Assembly (NCBI GenBank): GCA_038203935.1
Contig: JBBRDM010000103.1
Location: forward strand, 1 to 19,300
Length of the DNA: 19,300 bases
Direction: 5' to 3'
DNA from: Chthonomonadales bacterium
Lineage (GTDB): Bacteria; Armatimonadota; Chthonomonadetes; Chthonomonadales; Chthonomonadaceae
A program made the position numbers and the translations under genes. The notes under the pieces were generated by a model. It ran no database searches. It worked only from the letters and a program-made list of their open reading frames with translations, and was not told where the DNA came from. Of this stretch, positions 16,684 to 19,300 are shown piece after piece; position 1 is the first letter of the stretch; the number at the start of each line of letters is the position of its first letter.

Positions 16684-18141
16684 TTAAACCATCGGTCTGG
16701 AGCGCATCGAGGTTCCGCCGACGGTCATTTCGCTGATCAGAATCATCGGCATCCCTACCCCAACAGGCACGCTCTGACCATCTTTGCCGCACATTCCTAT
16801 GCCGGGATCAATCGACCAGTTGTTGCCAACCATGGATACCTTTTCGAGGTCCTTGGGGCCGTTGCCGATGAGGGTTGCGTTCTTGACCGGACGACCGATC
16901 TTTCCGCCTTCGATGAGATAGCCTTCGGTAACGTTGAACACGTAGTTGCCGTTGGAGATATCCACCTGGCCGCCACTGAAGTTTTTCGCATAGAACCCGT
17001 ACGAAACCGAACCTATGATCTCTTGCGGATCACTGTCGCCATTCTCAAGGAATGTGTTGGTCATGCGCGGCATCGGGATGCACTGGTAGTCCTGTCTGCG
17101 GCCGCTGCCGGTTGTCGCTGTTCCCATGAGGCCTGAATTCAGATTATCCTGCATATATCCGGTGAGCCTGCCCTTTTCAATCAGAACTTTCCGCTGGCCG
17201 GCTGCGCCCTCATCATCGATATTGATGGAACCGCGACGGTTGGTGAGAGTGGCATCATCGACAACGGTACAGAGCGGACTGGCGACCATCTGCCCTACCC
17301 TATCGGTGTAGATGGAGGTTTTCTTGCGGTTGAAGTCGGCTTCGAGACCATGACCAACGGCCTCGTGCAGCCAGACGCCGCCCCAGGCGTTATCGATGAC
17401 GACGGGCATGGGACCGGCGGGAGCATCGTCCGCGCCGAGCTGCACCAACGCCTGACGCGCCGCCTCTACCGCGAGACATTCCGGTGAGTTGGCCTCGAAA
17501 TATTCCATGCCCACCCGTCCGCCGCCGCCATGGAAACCCATCTGGGAGTCATTGCCTTCAGCGGCCATCACTACGACCTGCAGGCGAAGCATCGGCTGGA
17601 CATCGGTGATATAGAGCCCGCGCGAGTTGGCGATGAGGATCTCTTTGACGTTATCGATATAGGCGACCTGCACCTGCCGAACGCGGTCATCATAGTCCCT
17701 AGCGGCAGCATTTGCACGCTGGACGATCTGCACCTTCTCACGAATATCGGCCTCGGTAAAGGCGCGGCGTACGGGATAGTTGTCCGGCCCGTCGGTCTTT
17801 ACAACAGGCTGTGGCGGGGCACTGTGACCACCCTCAGCGATGAATGCGGCCACACGGGCAGCCTCCAGCAGTTTCTCGATGCTGAGATCGTCACTGTAAG
17901 CGTAGCCCTGCTTCTCGCCGTGAATGACACGAACCCCCACACCGAGTGTCTGGCGCGTTTCGGCGCTCTGTATCTTGTTTTCTTCCATCGGTATGCGGTT
18001 GCTCTCGGATCGCTCGCCGAATATCTCGGAAAAATCGCCGCCCCGGTTAAGGGCCTCCGTCAGCACACGGTCGGCGGTTTTCGGATCGACAAGTTGGGTA
18101 AGCAGCGATGGTCTGGTACTATTTGAAAGTTCGGATGGCAT
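16684..18141 (-). CDS. tldD: TldD metalloprotease (TldD/PmbA family)
   Basis: ATG at 18141-18139 with AAGGAGG 6 nt upstream. LHEAVGHGLEADFNRK is the TldD HExxxH zinc motif. Length 485 aa, typical for TldD. GGTSMRSRPMV C-terminus. Confidence 0.93.
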   Translation of the reverse strand: MPSELSNSTRPSLLTQLVDPKTADRVLTEALNRGGDFSEIFGERSESNRIPMEENKIQSAETRQTLGVGVRVIHGEKQGYAYSDDLSIEKLLEAARVAAFIAEGGHSAPPQPVVKTDGPDNYPVRRAFTEADIREKVQIVQRANAAARDYDDRVRQVQVAYIDNVKEILIANSRGLYITDVQPMLRLQVVVMAAEGNDSQMGFHGGGGRVGMEYFEANSPECLAVEAARQALVQLGADDAPAGPMPVVIDNAWGGVWLHEAVGHGLEADFNRKKTSIYTDRVGQMVASPLCTVVDDATLTNRRGSINIDDEGAAGQRKVLIEKGRLTGYMQDNLNSGLMGTATTGSGRRQDYQCIPMPRMTNTFLENGDSDPQEIIGSVSYGFYAKNFSGGQVDISNGNYVFNVTEGYLIEGGKIGRPVKNATLIGNGPKDLEKVSMVGNNWSIDPGIGMCGKDGQSVPVGVGMPMILISEMTVGGTSMRSRPMV

Positions 18142-18186
18142 ACATGGCCTCCTTGCAGGTCTATATAATATACGAAATATCTTTCC

Positions 18187-18214
18187 ATTATAGCACCGAA
18201 ATATGAGGTTTGAA
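18187..18214 (-). promoter_or_regulatory. Candidate sigma70 promoter TTCAAA-N16-TATAAT for tldD
   Basis: On the minus strand there is a perfect TATAAT (plus 18187-18192) with TTCAAA 16 nt upstream (plus 18209-18214). The leader to the tldD ATG is ~38 nt. Confidence 0.35.
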
Positions 18215-18234
18215 TATCGAAGTTATACATCGTC

Positions 18235-18263
18235 TGGACAAAAGCTGATACCTTAATTACAAT
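18235..18263 (+). promoter_or_regulatory. Candidate sigma70 promoter TGGACA-N17-TACAAT for the TPR gene
   Basis: TGGACA at 18235-18240, a 17-nt spacer, TACAAT at 18258-18263. Each hexamer is 5/6 to consensus and the spacing is ideal. It diverges from the tldD promoter. Confidence 0.35.
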
Positions 18264-18363
18264 AATTCACACTCAAAATTACTTAGTTCTCGAATGAATA
18301 GTGATTCCTCACGGAGGGTATATTATATCAAAGATAGAAAATGATAGTTATAGGAGGCAATCG

Positions 18364-19167
18364 TTGAATAAATCGTTGAAAAATAAGATTGGTAAGGCGA
18401 TTGCTTCTATTGACTATTTCTTATTTGGTAATTATCCTACACCATCTGCTAGGGCTGCGAATAAATTATACGTCGAAGGTACCAAAATCGCAATTCAAGC
18501 AAATGAAATGTCCAGTGAAGATGCAGATATACTATTTGCTGCATCATATGATAAATTCCAGCAGGCTTTAGCGCACAAGTCCGATTATGCTGAAGTATAT
18601 TACTATTGGGGATGTTGTATTAATATGCAAGCAGAACAGAAATCTGGAGATGAAGCAAGTAAATTATATCAAGAATCACGAGAGAAGTATCAGAATGCTT
18701 TAGTGCATCAACCCGATTATTTTGATGCATTATACTTATGGGGACATAATCTACTATCTCAAGCAAAACAGCGTTCAGACGAAACCACATTTATTTTCTA
18801 TTCACAAGCCGAAGATGTATTCACGCGTGCGCTCACTCTTAAAGATGATCATTCTAAATGTATAGATGGCTTGGGCAGTGCTTTAGTAAACCTATCAAGG
18901 TGTAAAACTGCTGATGATGCAGAAAATTTGATACAACAGGGTATTGAGAAATATATGGCTGCTGAAAATTTAACACCTGGATGCTCGTCATACAATCTTG
19001 CTTGCGTTGCGTCACTACAGGGTAGTAGAGAGGATTGCCGTGAATGGCTGGAGAGGTGTATTTTGTACGGAATGTTGTATACCCGTAAACAATTCGAGGA
19101 AGATCACGACTTTGATAATGTGCGAGGTGAACCCTGGTTCGCCGAAATATTAGCAAAGGCCGAATAA
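18364..19167 (+). CDS. TPR-repeat protein (cytoplasmic), AT-rich gene
   Basis: Repeated 34-residue-like units are visible in YDKFQQALAHKSDYAEVYYYWGCCI, REKYQNALVHQPDYFDALYLWGHNLLSQA and EDVFTRALTLKDDHSKCIDGLGSAL. It ends with the common bacterial TPR C-terminal motif YNLACVASLQGSREDCREWLERCI...DHDFDNVRGEPWFAEIL. The preferred start is TTG 18364 with AGGAGG (18352-18357) 6 nt upstream. The ORF is open from GTG 18301, so the start could be 63 nt earlier. Confidence 0.8.
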   Translation: MNKSLKNKIGKAIASIDYFLFGNYPTPSARAANKLYVEGTKIAIQANEMSSEDADILFAASYDKFQQALAHKSDYAEVYYYWGCCINMQAEQKSGDEASKLYQESREKYQNALVHQPDYFDALYLWGHNLLSQAKQRSDETTFIFYSQAEDVFTRALTLKDDHSKCIDGLGSALVNLSRCKTADDAENLIQQGIEKYMAAENLTPGCSSYNLACVASLQGSREDCREWLERCILYGMLYTRKQFEEDHDFDNVRGEPWFAEILAKAE

Positions 19168-19300
19168 CCTCCTCTTCGACAGGGATTGGTAAGCGAATAT
19201 TATTGGGTAGCTGATGATATAAGTCTCTATGAAGTGGCTTCCAAAATATGTAGCGAAGGGAAGACTAGTCTGATTATGAGTATGCTGCATGGTTCTAACA

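Noticed and set aside
16627-17136. 169-aa plus-strand ORF antisense to tldD (and 17530-18126, 198 aa, likewise)
   Set aside because: Both are fully embedded antisense in a well-supported, motif-bearing tldD gene in GC-rich DNA where long spurious ORFs are expected. Neither has an RBS or a recognisable protein feature.
1-19300. Search for CRISPR arrays, tRNA/rRNA genes, IS elements, integrases or other tandem repeats
   Set aside because: I could see no regularly spaced direct repeats and no tRNA-like cloverleaf candidates. No translation carries transposase DDE/HTH or integrase motifs, and no terminal inverted repeats flank any gene block. Absence was judged by eye and is not exhaustive.

Overview
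This window reads as an ordinary chromosomal segment from a mid-GC bacterium (small-sample counts give roughly 37-65% GC, varying locally). Gene density is high and strong Shine-Dalgarno sites (GGAGG/AAGGAG) are common. About half of the starts I infer are TTG or GTG. I call 15 protein-coding genes, mostly from motifs I can read directly in the ORF translations. 1: the 3' end of a polysaccharide deacetylase gene. 2-4: an ECF sigma factor, a zinc-finger (HC2/ZAS) anti-sigma factor and an HtrA/DegP-type serine protease with two PDZ domains, the same arrangement as the Mycobacterium sigE-rseA-htrA envelope-stress module. 5-8: a minus-strand block encoding a short neutral/alkaline-ceramidase-like hydrolase, a secreted beta-rich protein with a CBM9/DOMON-like N-domain, a translationally coupled ABC-2-type ATP-binding protein with no permease partner in the window, and an 80-aa hypothetical. 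9: orotate phosphoribosyltransferase (pyrE). 10: a 1131-aa secreted metzincin (HEMGHVMGLRH with an SSVMDY Met-turn; DUF5117/DUF4953-like) that carries an N-terminal extension. 11-12: an NfeD-like membrane protein with a His-rich insert followed by a flotillin/YqiK (SPFH) gene, forming a classic operon. 13: a cytoplasmic arylsulfatase-fold protein whose FGly motif C-x-P-x-R reads T-x-P-x-H. 14: tldD. 15: an AT-rich TPR-repeat gene. I see no rRNA, tRNA, CRISPR array, transposase or integrase. I also propose several promoter-like hexamer pairs, a compound palindromic candidate operator in the divergent pyrE/ceramidase intergenic region, and a strong GC hairpin between the convergent metalloprotease and flotillin genes. 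Every family assignment rests on motif recognition in the supplied translations, not on a database search.
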